This document shows positions 9,901 to 20,189 of a DNA stretch of 64,000 nt, one piece after another (positions within the stretch are counted from its first letter, which is position 1; each line of letters opens with the position of its first letter). Position numbers and translations under genes: made by a program. The notes beneath the pieces are model-generated. The model was given only the letters and a program-made list of their open reading frames with translations. It did not search any database and was not told the DNA's origin. This DNA is from a bacterium (GTDB lineage Bacteria; Krumholzibacteriota; Krumholzibacteriia; LZORAL124-64-63): the NCBI GenBank assembly GCA_031441465.1, contig JANOEP010000061.1, positions 40,683 to 104,682 of the forward strand, written 5' to 3'.

Positions 9901-10055
9901 CCATGCTCTACGCCACCGGATCGGGCGCGGACATCCAGAAGCCGCTCGCGGTGGTGGTGATGGGCGGGCTCGTCACTTCGACCCTGCTCACGCTGATCGT
10001 GCTGCCCACCCTCTACGCGCTGGTGGAAGGACGGCGCGCCGGTCACTCGAAGTGA
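6984..10055 (+). CDS. czcA: Heavy-metal efflux RND permease (CzcA/CusA family)
   Basis: LPIDAFPDVTNTQV, NLMSLGGLA...GMVVDASIVVVEN, EFMPPLDEG, GGQFENQQRA, RFRPLLMTA and QKPLAVVVMGGL. Confidence 0.95.
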   Translation: MRTVTLLLNNRLLVLLATAVLVAAGVVAWLHLPIDAFPDVTNTQVVIISQAPGFAAVDVEQRVSYPIEQVMRGLPRVQQVRSLSRAGLSQVVIVFEDGADTYWTRQVVFERLDAAREQLPPGVEPELGPISTGLGEIYQYTLEGDDETAMELRSIQDWLVAPWLKPIPGVNEVNSFGGEVKQYQVLVSPEMLLKYGLTVNDVVDAVEQGNANSGGGVVVRGWEQMYLRGVGLLRDIPDLENIVLKAADGAPVYLRDVAGVVIGAEPRQGAVSRDGKGEVVAGMIIMLKGENAKEVVGRVQNAVAKLQGALPEGVRLNVFYDRTSLIEACIHTVIKALLEGGIFVILVLFLFVAELRSALIVVVSLPLTFLVTFILMGSAGITSNLMSLGGLAFSVGMVVDASIVVVENSRRHLAHLTDSASRRRVVAEAVVEVAKPVAFSVLIIAVILVPLFTLQGIEGKMFAPLAGTMLIALLVSLVVAFTIIPVLGERFLGQGPEREFGFIRRFHRGYVRLLSRAVRRPALTLGISGGVLVASLALIPLMGTEFMPPLDEGALAVNVVRLPNASLDGSVRVSSFIEQRLRKFPEVETVVSKTGRAEISEDPMGPEQTDVFIMLKPRKEWDAGRDKDELVDAIQKDLSEIPGLRFSFSQPIALRVNELISGVKSDLAIKVFGPDLEVLKSFADRAAAVLQGIEGARDVKVEQVSGMSQIDVVIDRQAVARHGIKIADVNAAIETAVAGKLATTLIEGQRRIAVVVRFPEAARGSIPVLERLLITAPGGERVPLAQIAAFEVVEAPAQVSRENGMRRVVAEANIRGRDLGGFVGEVQTRLAPLVEELPIGYYVEYGGQFENQQRAMRQLSIVVPVALLLIMVLLTMALGSIWNALLVLLNLPFALIGGVIAVVVFRMPVSVSAAVAFIVLLGIAVQNGVVLVAFFRQLRERGESVADTVIKGCDLRFRPLLMTALASFIGHLPMLYATGSGADIQKPLAVVVMGGLVTSTLLTLIVLPTLYALVEGRRAGHSK

Positions 10056-10064
10056 CCGGCGCGC
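10034..10064. terminator. Perfect 14-bp hairpin between convergent czcA and ferritin genes (probable bidirectional terminator)
   Basis: GCGCGCCGGTCACT-CGA-AGTGACCGGCGCGC, overlapping the czcA stop. Confidence 0.7.
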
Positions 10065-10098
10065 TTATCCCGCCAAGGCGGGGCGGACCTGCCGCGGT

Positions 10099-10611
10099 CT
10101 AGGCTGCGGCCGGAGGCGTGGGCGCGGGGCGGACGGCCAGTTCGCGGTCCAGCATGAACATGCCCGGTCCGGTGCCGCCCATCATCGCCAGCTTGCCGAG
10201 GATGGCTTCGACGGCCGCTTCCTCCTCGACCTGCTCGCTGACGAACCACTGCAGCGTGATGTTGGTGGCGTAGTCGTTCTCCTTCATGGCCAGGCCCGCG
10301 AGGTTGTTGATGTTTTCGGTCATGTGACGCTCGTGGTCCAGCGCCGCCTGGAACATCGCGACGGGGTCGGCCCAATCCGTCACGGGCTGGGGCACGGCGC
10401 TCAGCAGGGCGTGCCCGCCGGTGGCGTGGGCGTAGTCGAAGAACTTCATCGCGTGCTGCAGTTCTTCCTGCGCCTGCATGCGCATCCAGTGCGCGAAGCC
10501 CTCGTAGTTGCGGGCCTGGGACCAGGCGGACATCGCCAGGTACAGGTAGGCGGAATAGAATTCGGCCTGGATCTGCTCGTTCAGGGCCTTCTGGATCTTC
10601 TCCTTCAGCAC
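10099..10611 (-). CDS. ftnA: Non-heme ferritin
   Basis: ALNEQIQAEFYSAYLYLAMS, EELQHAMKFFDY and LQWFVSEQVEEE ferroxidase motifs. GTG start after AAGGAG. Confidence 0.95.
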   Translation of the reverse strand: MLKEKIQKALNEQIQAEFYSAYLYLAMSAWSQARNYEGFAHWMRMQAQEELQHAMKFFDYAHATGGHALLSAVPQPVTDWADPVAMFQAALDHERHMTENINNLAGLAMKENDYATNITLQWFVSEQVEEEAAVEAILGKLAMMGGTGPGMFMLDRELAVRPAPTPPAAA

Positions 10612-11005
10612 GGCGGGTCTCCTTCGTCGGGGTCGATCAGGGCGGTTCCGGGTCGCAGGATTTCGGGAGGGCCGGGACCCGTCGCGAGGCGACGGCGTAC
10701 CGGCCGCATGGTCACAAGGTAAGACCATGCCGGGGCACCGTCACGAAAAAAGCCCCGGACGCCCAATGGGGCATTGCCCTCGCGGGTATATCTTGATATT
10801 CGTGTTCAGGTGAGCGGGTGGCGGCGTCCCTGGTTCGTGCCGATCATGGGCCGCGCCGCCGCGGCGCCCCGATTTTCCGGGGGTGGCCGCGCCGCCTGCG
10901 ACTCCCGCCTGAACCTGGCCGGTCCCCGCCGGATCGGCCGTCTTCTCGCGCCCCCCGCACCGGTGCGGGGCCGCGGCCCCCGCGGGCCTGGAAAGGAACG
11001 ACTCC

Positions 11006-12103
11006 ATGCCGAAGAAGGAACTCGATACCTTCAGCGTCTCCTACCTCTCCATCCTGGACGAGGACGGGAATGTGGACAAGGAACTCGAGCCGAAACTGAA
11101 GAAGCCCGAGCTGATCGAACTCTACCGCCAGATGGTCTGGGCGCGCCGCACCGACGAGCGCATGCTCAAGCTGCAGCGCCAGGGCCGCATCGGCACCTTC
11201 GGGCCGAGCACCGGTCAGGAGGCGTCCCAGTGCGCCGTCGCCTTCGCCATGAAGAAGCAGGACTGGTTCGCCGGCGCCTTCCGCGAGCACGGCGTGCGCC
11301 TGCTGCGCGGCGAGACCCTCACCCGGCAGCTGCTCTACTACAACGGCCACGAAGAGGGCAACATCAACGACGGGGCGGCCAACCCGCGCAATCTGCCCAT
11401 CTCGGTCATCGTGGGCGCGCAGCCCCTGCACGCGGTGGGCCTGGCCTACGCCATGCGGCTGCAGGGGGAGAACGAGACCTGCGCCGTGACCATGATGGGC
11501 GACGGCGCCACCAGCGAGGGCGACTTCCACGAGGCGATGAACTTCGCGGCCGTCTGGAACCTGCCGGTGCTGTTCGTGGTGCAGAACAACCAGTGGGCGA
11601 TCTCGGTGCCCCGCTCGAAGCAGACCAAGTCAGCGACCATCGCGCAGAAGGCCATCGCCTACGGCATGCCCGGCGTCCAGGTCGACGGCAACGACGCGCT
11701 AGCGGTCTACGCCGCCGCCGCCGAGGCGCTCGACCGCGGCCGACGCGGCGAGGGGCCGACCCTGATCGAGACCGTGACCTACCGCCTGATGATGCACACC
11801 ACGGCCGACGACCAGTACAAGTATCGCACCAAGGAAGAGGAAGAGTTGTGGTGGCGCCGCGACCCCCTGGTGCGCTTCCGCGGCTACCTCGAGGCGAAGA
11901 AGATCTGGTCGGAGAAGGACCAGGAGGCCCTCGAGGAGGAGTACAGGCTGGAGATCGAGAAACAGGTGAAGGCCTTCGAGGAGATGTCGGGCTGGAAGCC
12001 GGACGCGCCCTTCGATCACGTCTTCGGCACACGTCACGAGCGCATCGAGGCGCAGCGCCGGGAGTTCCTGGCCGAGATCGCGAAGGAGGCCGCCCGTGGC
12101 TAA
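11006..12103 (+). CDS. pdhA: Pyruvate/2-oxoacid dehydrogenase E1 alpha
   Basis: LQRQGRIG, TPP-binding GDGATSEGDFHEAMNFA...QNN and YRLMMHTTADD. Substrate (pyruvate versus branched-chain) cannot be resolved by eye. Confidence 0.88.
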   Translation: MPKKELDTFSVSYLSILDEDGNVDKELEPKLKKPELIELYRQMVWARRTDERMLKLQRQGRIGTFGPSTGQEASQCAVAFAMKKQDWFAGAFREHGVRLLRGETLTRQLLYYNGHEEGNINDGAANPRNLPISVIVGAQPLHAVGLAYAMRLQGENETCAVTMMGDGATSEGDFHEAMNFAAVWNLPVLFVVQNNQWAISVPRSKQTKSATIAQKAIAYGMPGVQVDGNDALAVYAAAAEALDRGRRGEGPTLIETVTYRLMMHTTADDQYKYRTKEEEELWWRRDPLVRFRGYLEAKKIWSEKDQEALEEEYRLEIEKQVKAFEEMSGWKPDAPFDHVFGTRHERIEAQRREFLAEIAKEAARG

Positions 12104-13076
12104 GCTCAACATGGTCCAGGCCATCAACCTCGCCCTGGACGAGATGATGGCGGAAGATCCCAGCGTGGTCGTGCTGGGCGAGGATGTCGGCGTCGACGGC
12201 GGCGTGTTCCGCGTCACCGAGGGTCTGATCGAGAAGTACGGCGAGGCGCGCGTGATCGACACGCCGCTGGCCGAGAGCGCGATCATCGGCACGGCCATCG
12301 GCATGGCCCTGGCCGGCCTGAAGCCCGTCGGCGAGATGCAGTTCTGCGGCTTCTCCTACATCATGATCCCGCAGCTCGAAGGCCACGGCTCGCGCTACCG
12401 CGCGCGCACGCACGGGCAGTTCCACGTGCCCCTGGTCATGCGCGTGCCCTACGGCGGCGGCGTGCGCGCGCTCGAGCACCACTCCGAGAGCCGCGAGGCC
12501 GCCCTGGGCCACCTGCCGGGCGTGAAGGTCGTCATCCCGTCGGGACCGCGCAACGCGCGGTCGCTGATGCGGGCGTCGATCCTCGATCCCGATCCGGTGG
12601 TCTACATGGAGCCCAAGCGCTCGTACCGCGCCTTCAAGGAGGAGGTGCCGGAGACGCCCGAGACGATCGAGATCGGCCGCGCGCAGGTGGTGCAGGAAGG
12701 CACCGACATCACGGTGATCGCCTGGGGCGCGATGATGCACACCACCAAGAAGGCCGTCGAGGAGATCCGCCAGGCGCGCGGCGCCAGCATCGAGCTGATC
12801 GACCTGCTGACGATCTCGCCCATGGACACCGAGACGATCTGCGCCTCGGTGCGCAAGACGGGCCGCCTGGCCGTCGTCCAGGAGGCCCCGCTCAGCTTCG
12901 GACCCGCCAGCGAGATCATCGCCACGGTCAACGACCACGCCCTGATGCACCTCGAGGCGCCCGTGAAGCGCGTGAGCGGCTACGACGTCGTCACGCCCTA
13001 CTTCAGCCGCGAGAACCTCTTCATGCCGACCGTCGGGCGCGCCCGCCGCGGCATCGAGGAAGTGCTGGATTTCTAA
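12096..13076 (+). CDS. pdhB: Pyruvate/2-oxoacid dehydrogenase E1 beta
   Basis: GEDVGVDGGVFRVTEGL, DTPLAESAIIG and PYGGGVRALEHHSES. Confidence 0.9.
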   Translation: MAKLNMVQAINLALDEMMAEDPSVVVLGEDVGVDGGVFRVTEGLIEKYGEARVIDTPLAESAIIGTAIGMALAGLKPVGEMQFCGFSYIMIPQLEGHGSRYRARTHGQFHVPLVMRVPYGGGVRALEHHSESREAALGHLPGVKVVIPSGPRNARSLMRASILDPDPVVYMEPKRSYRAFKEEVPETPETIEIGRAQVVQEGTDITVIAWGAMMHTTKKAVEEIRQARGASIELIDLLTISPMDTETICASVRKTGRLAVVQEAPLSFGPASEIIATVNDHALMHLEAPVKRVSGYDVVTPYFSRENLFMPTVGRARRGIEEVLDF

Positions 13077-13100
13077 ACGGAGCCGTCGAGGAGGAAGCCG

Positions 13101-14498
13101 ATGTTCGAGTTCAAGCTGCCCGACCTGGGCGAAGGCATCCACGAGGGCGAAGTCCTCAAGTGGCACGTCCAGCCCGGCGACGTCGTGGTCGAGGACGCCC
13201 CGCTGGTCGAGGTCGAGACGGACAAGGCGGCCGTGACCATCCCGTCGCCCCGCGGCGGCAAGGTGGTCTCCACCACCGGTGAGATCGGCGACGTCGTGGC
13301 GACGGGCCAGGTCATCGCGGTCATCGACGATGGCCAGGGCGCCTCGGTCACGCCTGCGGCGGCCGCCGCCGCTCCCGCGAGCAAGCCCGCCGCCGCCGGC
13401 CGCGCCGCGGAGGAGATGCCGGCCGGGTTGCCCGTCGAAGAGCCGGTAAAGGCCGCGCCCGCCGCCCCTCCCGCCCGCGCCGTGACGCAGCCCAACAGCA
13501 CGGTCTCCGGCCGGCCGGTGCCCGCGGCCCCGGCCACGCGCCGCCTGGCCCGTGAACTGGGCGTGGACCTGACGCTGGTGCCCGGCACCGGCCCCGGTGG
13601 CCGTGTGACGCCCGCCGACGTGCAGGCCTTCCTGGCCGGCGGCGCGCCCGCGCCGGCAGCCGCGGCCGCGACCGCGCCGGCGACCGCAACCGCCGACCGG
13701 GCCGTCGACGGCACGACGCGCATGGCCGCCGCCGCCGCCGCGAGCGCCATCCCGTTCCTGGACCTCGAGCCCATGCCCGACTTCTCGCTGCAGGGTCCGG
13801 TGGAGATCGAGCCGCTGCGCTCGATCCGCCGCAAGGTGGCGCGCAAGATGACGACCTCGATGATCCTGGTGCCGCACGTCGCCCACATGGACGACGCCGA
13901 CGTCACCGCGCTCGAGGAGTTCCGCCTGAGGATGAAGACGCAGCGCGAAGGTGAGCCCGTCGGCAAGCTGACCCTGCTGTCGTTCGTGATCCGGGCGATC
14001 ACCGCGGGCCTGCGGGCGGCGCCGGCGTTCAACGCCAGCCTCGACCCGTTCCGCGAAGAGATCATCTACAAGAAGTACTACAACATCGGCTTCGCGGCGG
14101 ACACCGGCAAGGGTCTGGTGGTGCCGGTGATCCGGGGCACCGACGTCAAGAGCATCCGCGAAATCTCGCGCGAGATCGAAGAGAAGGCCGCGCTGGCCCG
14201 CGAGGGCAAGCTGCCGCTGGAGGACATGCAGGGCGGCACCTTCACGATCACCAACGTCGGCCCGCTCGGCGGCACCGCCCTGATCCCCACGATCAACTAC
14301 CCCGAGGTGGCGATCCTGGGCATGGGCCGCGTTCAGGAGAAGCCGGTGGTGCGCGACGGCCAGATCGTGATCCGCAAGATCCTGCCGCTGACCCTGGCCT
14401 TCGACCACCGCGTGGCCGACGGCGCCGACGCGGCGCGCTTCGTGGGCGAGCTGGTGCGCAACCTGAGCGACCCGAACCTGCTGCTGCTGGACACCTAG
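13101..14498 (+). CDS. pdhC: Dihydrolipoamide acyltransferase E2
   Basis: One lipoyl domain (VETDKA), E3-binding domain (PATRRLARELGVDL...GTGPGGRVT), Ala/Pro linkers and catalytic FDHRVADG. Confidence 0.92.
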   Translation: MFEFKLPDLGEGIHEGEVLKWHVQPGDVVVEDAPLVEVETDKAAVTIPSPRGGKVVSTTGEIGDVVATGQVIAVIDDGQGASVTPAAAAAAPASKPAAAGRAAEEMPAGLPVEEPVKAAPAAPPARAVTQPNSTVSGRPVPAAPATRRLARELGVDLTLVPGTGPGGRVTPADVQAFLAGGAPAPAAAAATAPATATADRAVDGTTRMAAAAAASAIPFLDLEPMPDFSLQGPVEIEPLRSIRRKVARKMTTSMILVPHVAHMDDADVTALEEFRLRMKTQREGEPVGKLTLLSFVIRAITAGLRAAPAFNASLDPFREEIIYKKYYNIGFAADTGKGLVVPVIRGTDVKSIREISREIEEKAALAREGKLPLEDMQGGTFTITNVGPLGGTALIPTINYPEVAILGMGRVQEKPVVRDGQIVIRKILPLTLAFDHRVADGADAARFVGELVRNLSDPNLLLLDT

Positions 14499-14517
14499 AC
14501 CGAAGGAGAGGCCGCTC

Positions 14518-15924
<1,407 letters not shown>

Positions 15925-15981
15925 ACGAGCGGCCGGACGGCGGGCGGCCCGCGCCACCGCCCGGCGCGACACCGGGACGCC

Positions 15982-16653
15982 ATGCCCCACCACTTCCATA
16001 ACGACGAACCAGCCCCCGGGGACACGTTCGCCGGGGATTTTCCCGACTGGGACCTGGACGCGGACCTGCTCGCGTCGGTGTCCGCCGGCGGGCCCGCGCG
16101 CTCGCGCGTGCTGCGCTGCGGATCCCCGCAGGTCGTGATCGGCCGCGGCGGGCGAGCCGCCGTCGAGGTGGACCTCGCGGCGGCGCGCGCGGCCGGCGTG
16201 CCGGTGCTACGGCGCCCGGGCGGCGGCTGCGCGGTGCTGCTGGATCGGGGCAACCTCGTCGTGTCGCTGGTCGCGCCGATGGCCGGCATCGGCGGCGTGA
16301 CCACGGCTTTCCGCGCCGCCACGGCCTGGATCGTGGCCGGCCTGGCCGACTGCGGCGTCGCGGGCGTCGTGGGGGACGGGGTCAGCGACCTGGTGCTGGA
16401 CGACCGCAAGGTGGGCGGCTCCTGCATCCAACGCACGCGGGGGCTGGTCTACTACAGCACGACGCTGCTGTTCGACCCCGACCTCGACCTCATGGAGAGG
16501 GTCCTGCCTCACCCGCCGCGCGAGCCTCGTTACCGTCGGGGCCGGTCCCACCGCGCGTTCCTCGGCCGGATCGGTCTGCCTCTGGCGGGCGATCCCGAGG
16601 ACTTCATCCTCCGGCTCGGGCAAAGTCTAGCCGCCAATCTTCCGAACCTGTAG
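15982..16653 (+). CDS. Short lipoate-protein ligase / lipoyltransferase (BPL_LplA_LipB family)
   Basis: VLRRPGGGCAVLLDRGNL and DLVLDDRKVGGS. Follows the E1-E2-E3 genes. Confidence 0.75.
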   Translation: MPHHFHNDEPAPGDTFAGDFPDWDLDADLLASVSAGGPARSRVLRCGSPQVVIGRGGRAAVEVDLAAARAAGVPVLRRPGGGCAVLLDRGNLVVSLVAPMAGIGGVTTAFRAATAWIVAGLADCGVAGVVGDGVSDLVLDDRKVGGSCIQRTRGLVYYSTTLLFDPDLDLMERVLPHPPREPRYRRGRSHRAFLGRIGLPLAGDPEDFILRLGQSLAANLPNL

Positions 16654-16826
16654 TTCTGGCCGCAAGATTGTCCCTGACTGCGGCGAGGCACCTGGGCCGC
16701 GCCGCTTCTGGTACCTCAGAAGACGCAATTCATTCGATACCAATGGCTTATCGGCAACGCCGCCGTCACCAGGTTGTACCCTCAGTGATGGCTCTCCCGG
16801 GACAGGGACAATTTCATGGCCAGAAC
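16653..16826. repeat. 174-bp imperfect palindromic element with 24-bp terminal inverted repeats and a central IHF-like site
   Basis: Left arm GTTCTGGCCGCAAGATTGTCCCTG (16653-16676) matches the reverse complement of 16803-16826, GTTCTGGCCATGAAATTGTCCCTG, at 20/24 positions. The centre holds TACCAATGGCTTA, one mismatch from WATCAANNNNTTR. Confidence 0.6.
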
Positions 16827-17120
16827 CATCGGGATCATTGTTGAATAAATAACACTAAAGATGGAGATTTTATCTATTAATATTTCAATACATTACCTAG
16901 TGAAAGCCCGCACAGCAATGATAATATGAAATCGAGCATCATCATCAATTGACGCGACCAGCCCCCAAATCCCCCCGTGGCGACAAGTTATCTATCGTCA
17001 TTGTTAACAGTCATCTATCGAACCATCGTGAAAATATCTCAATGCCGGCTTGACATGGCCGATTCAAATGATGAGCTTGAAGACGTTAACGAATAAACAC
17101 GTTGGCGCAGGGAGACCGAC
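16827..17120 (+). promoter_or_regulatory. AT-rich control region of the rex-hyd operon with degenerate Rex-operator-like boxes
   Basis: Strongly AT-rich, with TTGACA at 17050-17055. Three 18-mers resemble TTGTGAA-N4-TTCACAA: 16838-16855 (TTGTTGAATAAATAACAC), 16898-16915 (TAGTGAAAGCCCGCACAG) and 17083-17100 (ACGTTAACGAATAAACAC). All have several mismatches. Confidence 0.45.
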
Positions 17121-17747
17121 ATGAAGCGGGCCAAGGCGGAGATCCCCCTCAAGACGATGGAGCGCCTGGTGATGTACCGGCGCTTGCTGCAGTACCTCGC
17201 CGCCGAGGGGTGCGCGTTCGTTTTCTCTCATGAACTGGCCAAGCTGGCGAACAACACCGCGGCGCAGGTCCGCCGCGACCTGATGATCATCGGTCACCAC
17301 GGCAGCCCCATCCGCGGCTACGGCGTGCGCTCGCTCGGGGCGCACATCGACCGCCTGCTGGCCCACCACGAGCCCAGCCGCGTCGCCCTGGTGGGTGCGG
17401 GCAACCTCGGGCGCGCCATCCTCGCGCACGTCGGTTTCCAGCTGCCCGGCATCACCATCCTGGCGGCCTTCGACAGCGACGAGGAACGCTCCGGGCGCGT
17501 GATCGCCGGCGTGCGCTGCTACCCGGTGAGGGAACTGGAGCGTCGCGTCGTCGAGTTGGGGATCAACCTCGGGATCCTCGCGGTGCCGGCGTCCGAGGCC
17601 CAGGAAGTGGCCGAGCGCCTCGCGGCGGTCGGCGTGACCGGCATCCTGAACTTCGCCCCGGTCCCGCTGCGCCTGCCGCAGGGCGTGGTGGTGGACGAGA
17701 TCGACATCGGCATGAAGCTGGAGCGCATCGCCCTTTGCTGCCAGTGA
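17121..17747 (+). CDS. rex: Redox-sensing transcriptional repressor Rex
   Basis: RLVMYRRLL...SHELA...AAQVRRDL...G..GY wHTH domain, VGAGNLGRA Rossmann motif and ILNFAP. Confidence 0.93.
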   Translation: MKRAKAEIPLKTMERLVMYRRLLQYLAAEGCAFVFSHELAKLANNTAAQVRRDLMIIGHHGSPIRGYGVRSLGAHIDRLLAHHEPSRVALVGAGNLGRAILAHVGFQLPGITILAAFDSDEERSGRVIAGVRCYPVRELERRVVELGINLGILAVPASEAQEVAERLAAVGVTGILNFAPVPLRLPQGVVVDEIDIGMKLERIALCCQ

Positions 17748-17761
17748 GGAGGAGCACGATC

Positions 17762-18247
17762 ATGAGCCCGCGCGTCGTCGACATCCTGGATGGCTTTCCC
17801 GGCGCCCACCGCGACAGCCTGATCCCGATCCTGCAGGCCGTGCAGGAGCAGGAGGGTTTCCTGTCGCAGGATTCCGTCCTGGCGATCGGACGCCACCTGG
17901 ACCTGCCCGCCAGCAAGGTCTACGGGGTGGCCACCTTCTACAACCAGTTCCGGTTCACGCCGGTCGGCCGCTTGCACGTGCTGGTCTGCCGCGGCACGGC
18001 CTGCCACGTGAAGGGTTCGGCCAACGTGCTCGACGCGATCGAGCGGGAACTCGGCGTGAAGGCGGGCGGCACCACGCGCGACGGGCTGTTCAGCCTCGAG
18101 GTCGTGGCCTGCATCGGGGCCTGCGGCCTCGCGCCGGTCATCTCCGTCGGCGGCGAGTTCCACGCCGGGGTCGCTCCGCGCGACGTGCCCGGCATCTTCG
18201 CGGCCTACCGCGAGCGGGCGAAGGAGGGCAGCACCGATGCAGCCTGA
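17762..18247 (+). CDS. [2Fe-2S] NuoE-like subunit of the trimeric [FeFe]-hydrogenase (HydC/HndA type)
   Basis: LIPILQAVQ...VYGVATFYNQF, CRGTACHVKG and CIGACGLAP. Confidence 0.9.
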   Translation: MSPRVVDILDGFPGAHRDSLIPILQAVQEQEGFLSQDSVLAIGRHLDLPASKVYGVATFYNQFRFTPVGRLHVLVCRGTACHVKGSANVLDAIERELGVKAGGTTRDGLFSLEVVACIGACGLAPVISVGGEFHAGVAPRDVPGIFAAYRERAKEGSTDAA

Positions 18248-20189
18248 CGCGATGAACGGGACGAATTGGTGCGGTGCGCGCCTGAACAGCCTGCTGCGCG
18301 ACGGCGCCGGTCACGACGCGGACCTGTCGGCCGAGCTGAGACGGCTGCGCCGCGAGGAGATGGCCCGGCCGGTCGTCTACGTGGGCGCCGGGACCTGCGG
18401 CCTCGGCGCGGGCGCGGGCAAGGTGCTCGCCGCCGTGCGCGAACACCTCGCGGCCGCGGGGGTCGACGCCGAGGTGGTCGAGACCGGCTGCATCGGCCTC
18501 TGCTCCGAGGAACCCCTGCTGGAGGTGCAGTTGCCGGGCCGGGCGCGGGCGGTCTTCAGTCGCGTGAAGCCGCAGGACGTGCCGGGCATCCTCGACGCCA
18601 TGCTGGCCGGCACGGTGCCGACGGCGCACTACTTGGGTCAGCACGGGCCGGACGGCCTGCGGCGCTGGGACGGCCTGTCCGCGCTCGCCGACCACCCGTT
18701 CTTCGCCAAGCAGACCCGCTGGGTGCTGCGCAACTGCGGCCTGATCGATCCGGGCCGCATCGAGGAGTCCCTGGCCTGCGGCGGGTACCGGGGCCTGGCC
18801 AAGGCGCTGCGGTCGCTGACCCCGGCCGAGGTCTGCGCCGAGGTCGAGCGCAGCGGGCTGCGCGGGCGCGGCGGCGGCGGCTTCCCCACCGGCCGCAAGT
18901 GGACCTTCGCCCTGAACACCGCCGCCGATCAGCGCTACATGATCTGCAACGCCGACGAGGGCGATCCCGGCGCCTTCATGGACCGCGCCGTCATCGAGGG
19001 CGACCCGCACCGCGTGCTCGAAGGCCTGGCCCTGGCCGCCTACGCGATCGGCGCGTCGAAGGCCTACATCTACATCCGCGCCGAGTACCCGCTGGCCATC
19101 CGGCGCCTGCGCGCGGCCATCGCCCAGGCCGAGGCCTGCGGCCTGCTGGGCGACGACATCCTGGAGAGCGGCTTCGACCTCAAGGTGGTCATCAAGATGG
19201 GGGCCGGCGCCTTCGTCTGCGGCGAGGAGACCGCCCTGATCCACAGCATCGAAGGCCGACGCGGCATGCCGCGGCCCCGGCCGCCGTTCCCGGCCGTCTC
19301 GGGTCTGTTCGGCAAGCCGTCGGTGATCAACAACGTCGAGACCCTGGCCAACGTGCCGGAGATCGTGGTCAGGGGCGCGGACTGGTTCTCCTCGCTGGGC
19401 ACCGAGGGCAGCAAGGGCACGAAGGTGTTCGCGCTGTCGGGCAAGGTCGCGCGCACGGGCCTGGTCGAGGTGGCGATGGGCACGACGGTCCGCGAGATCG
19501 TGTTCGGGGCGGGCGGCGGCATCCCCGGCGGCAAGGCCTACAAGGCCGTGCAGATCGGCGGGCCGAGCGGCGGCTGCATCCCCGAGCAGCACCTCGACAT
19601 CATGGTCGACTACGAGTCCCTCAAGACGGTGGGCGCGATGATGGGTTCCGGCGGCCTGGTCGTCATGGACGAGGACACCTGCATGGTGGACGTGGCGCGC
19701 TTCTTCATGGACTTCATCCAGCGCGAGAGCTGCGGCAAGTGCATCCCCTGCCGCGAGGGGACCAAGCACCTGCGCGACATGCTCGACGCGATCGTGCGCG
19801 GCCGGCGCCACGAAAAGGGCGCCGACGCCCTGGCCCGCTTCAAGGGCGTGACCTACCTGCCGCGCCTGGCCGAGGTCATCCGCGAGACCAGCCTCTGCGG
19901 GCTGGGCATGACCGCCCCGAACCCCGTGCTCAGCACGATGCGCTGGTTCCCGGAGGAATACGAGGCGCACATCTACGAGCGCCGGTGCCCCGCCAAGGTG
20001 TGCCGCGACCTGCTGACCTTCGACATCGACACCGAGAAGTGCAAGGGCTGCACGCTGTGCGCGCGGGCCTGCCCGTCCGGCGCCATCGTCGGCGGCAAGA
20101 AGCAGCCGCACCTGATCGTCCACGACAAGTGCATCGCCTGCGGCGCCTGCCTCGAGGCCTGCAAGTTCGAAGCGGTGGAGGTTTCCTGA
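18237..20189 (+). CDS. NuoF-like FMN/NAD(H)-binding hydrogenase subunit (HydB/HndC type)
   Basis: N-terminal thioredoxin-like Fe-S domain (TCG...GCIGLCSEEP), GLRGRGGGGFPTG, NADEGDPGAFMD, GGPSGGC, ESCGKCIPCREG, and C-terminal 2x[4Fe-4S] ferredoxin motifs. Confidence 0.92.
   Translation: MQPDAMNGTNWCGARLNSLLRDGAGHDADLSAELRRLRREEMARPVVYVGAGTCGLGAGAGKVLAAVREHLAAAGVDAEVVETGCIGLCSEEPLLEVQLPGRARAVFSRVKPQDVPGILDAMLAGTVPTAHYLGQHGPDGLRRWDGLSALADHPFFAKQTRWVLRNCGLIDPGRIEESLACGGYRGLAKALRSLTPAEVCAEVERSGLRGRGGGGFPTGRKWTFALNTAADQRYMICNADEGDPGAFMDRAVIEGDPHRVLEGLALAAYAIGASKAYIYIRAEYPLAIRRLRAAIAQAEACGLLGDDILESGFDLKVVIKMGAGAFVCGEETALIHSIEGRRGMPRPRPPFPAVSGLFGKPSVINNVETLANVPEIVVRGADWFSSLGTEGSKGTKVFALSGKVARTGLVEVAMGTTVREIVFGAGGGIPGGKAYKAVQIGGPSGGCIPEQHLDIMVDYESLKTVGAMMGSGGLVVMDEDTCMVDVARFFMDFIQRESCGKCIPCREGTKHLRDMLDAIVRGRRHEKGADALARFKGVTYLPRLAEVIRETSLCGLGMTAPNPVLSTMRWFPEEYEAHIYERRCPAKVCRDLLTFDIDTEKCKGCTLCARACPSGAIVGGKKQPHLIVHDKCIACGACLEACKFEAVEVS

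Noticed and set aside
6966..10046. 1026-aa antisense ORF over czcA, and similar long antisense or alternate-frame ORFs (11406-14561, 19973-21955, 41889-44981, 46265-48979)
   Set aside because: Shadow ORFs caused by GC-rich codon bias. They have no recognisable motifs and mirror well-supported genes.
10794..10808. Fur-box-like TGATATT-C-GTGTTCA in the ftnA/pdhA divergent region
   Set aside because: The right half matches only 4 of 7 positions. The context is plausible but the sequence support is too weak.
18266..20188. Apparent 1219-aa hydrogenase with a long N-terminal extension; likewise extended versions of actB, hydG, coxB, coxC and the receiver gene
   Set aside because: The extensions are Arg/Pro-rich off-frame read-through of the upstream gene. 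The true starts overlap the upstream stop codons.
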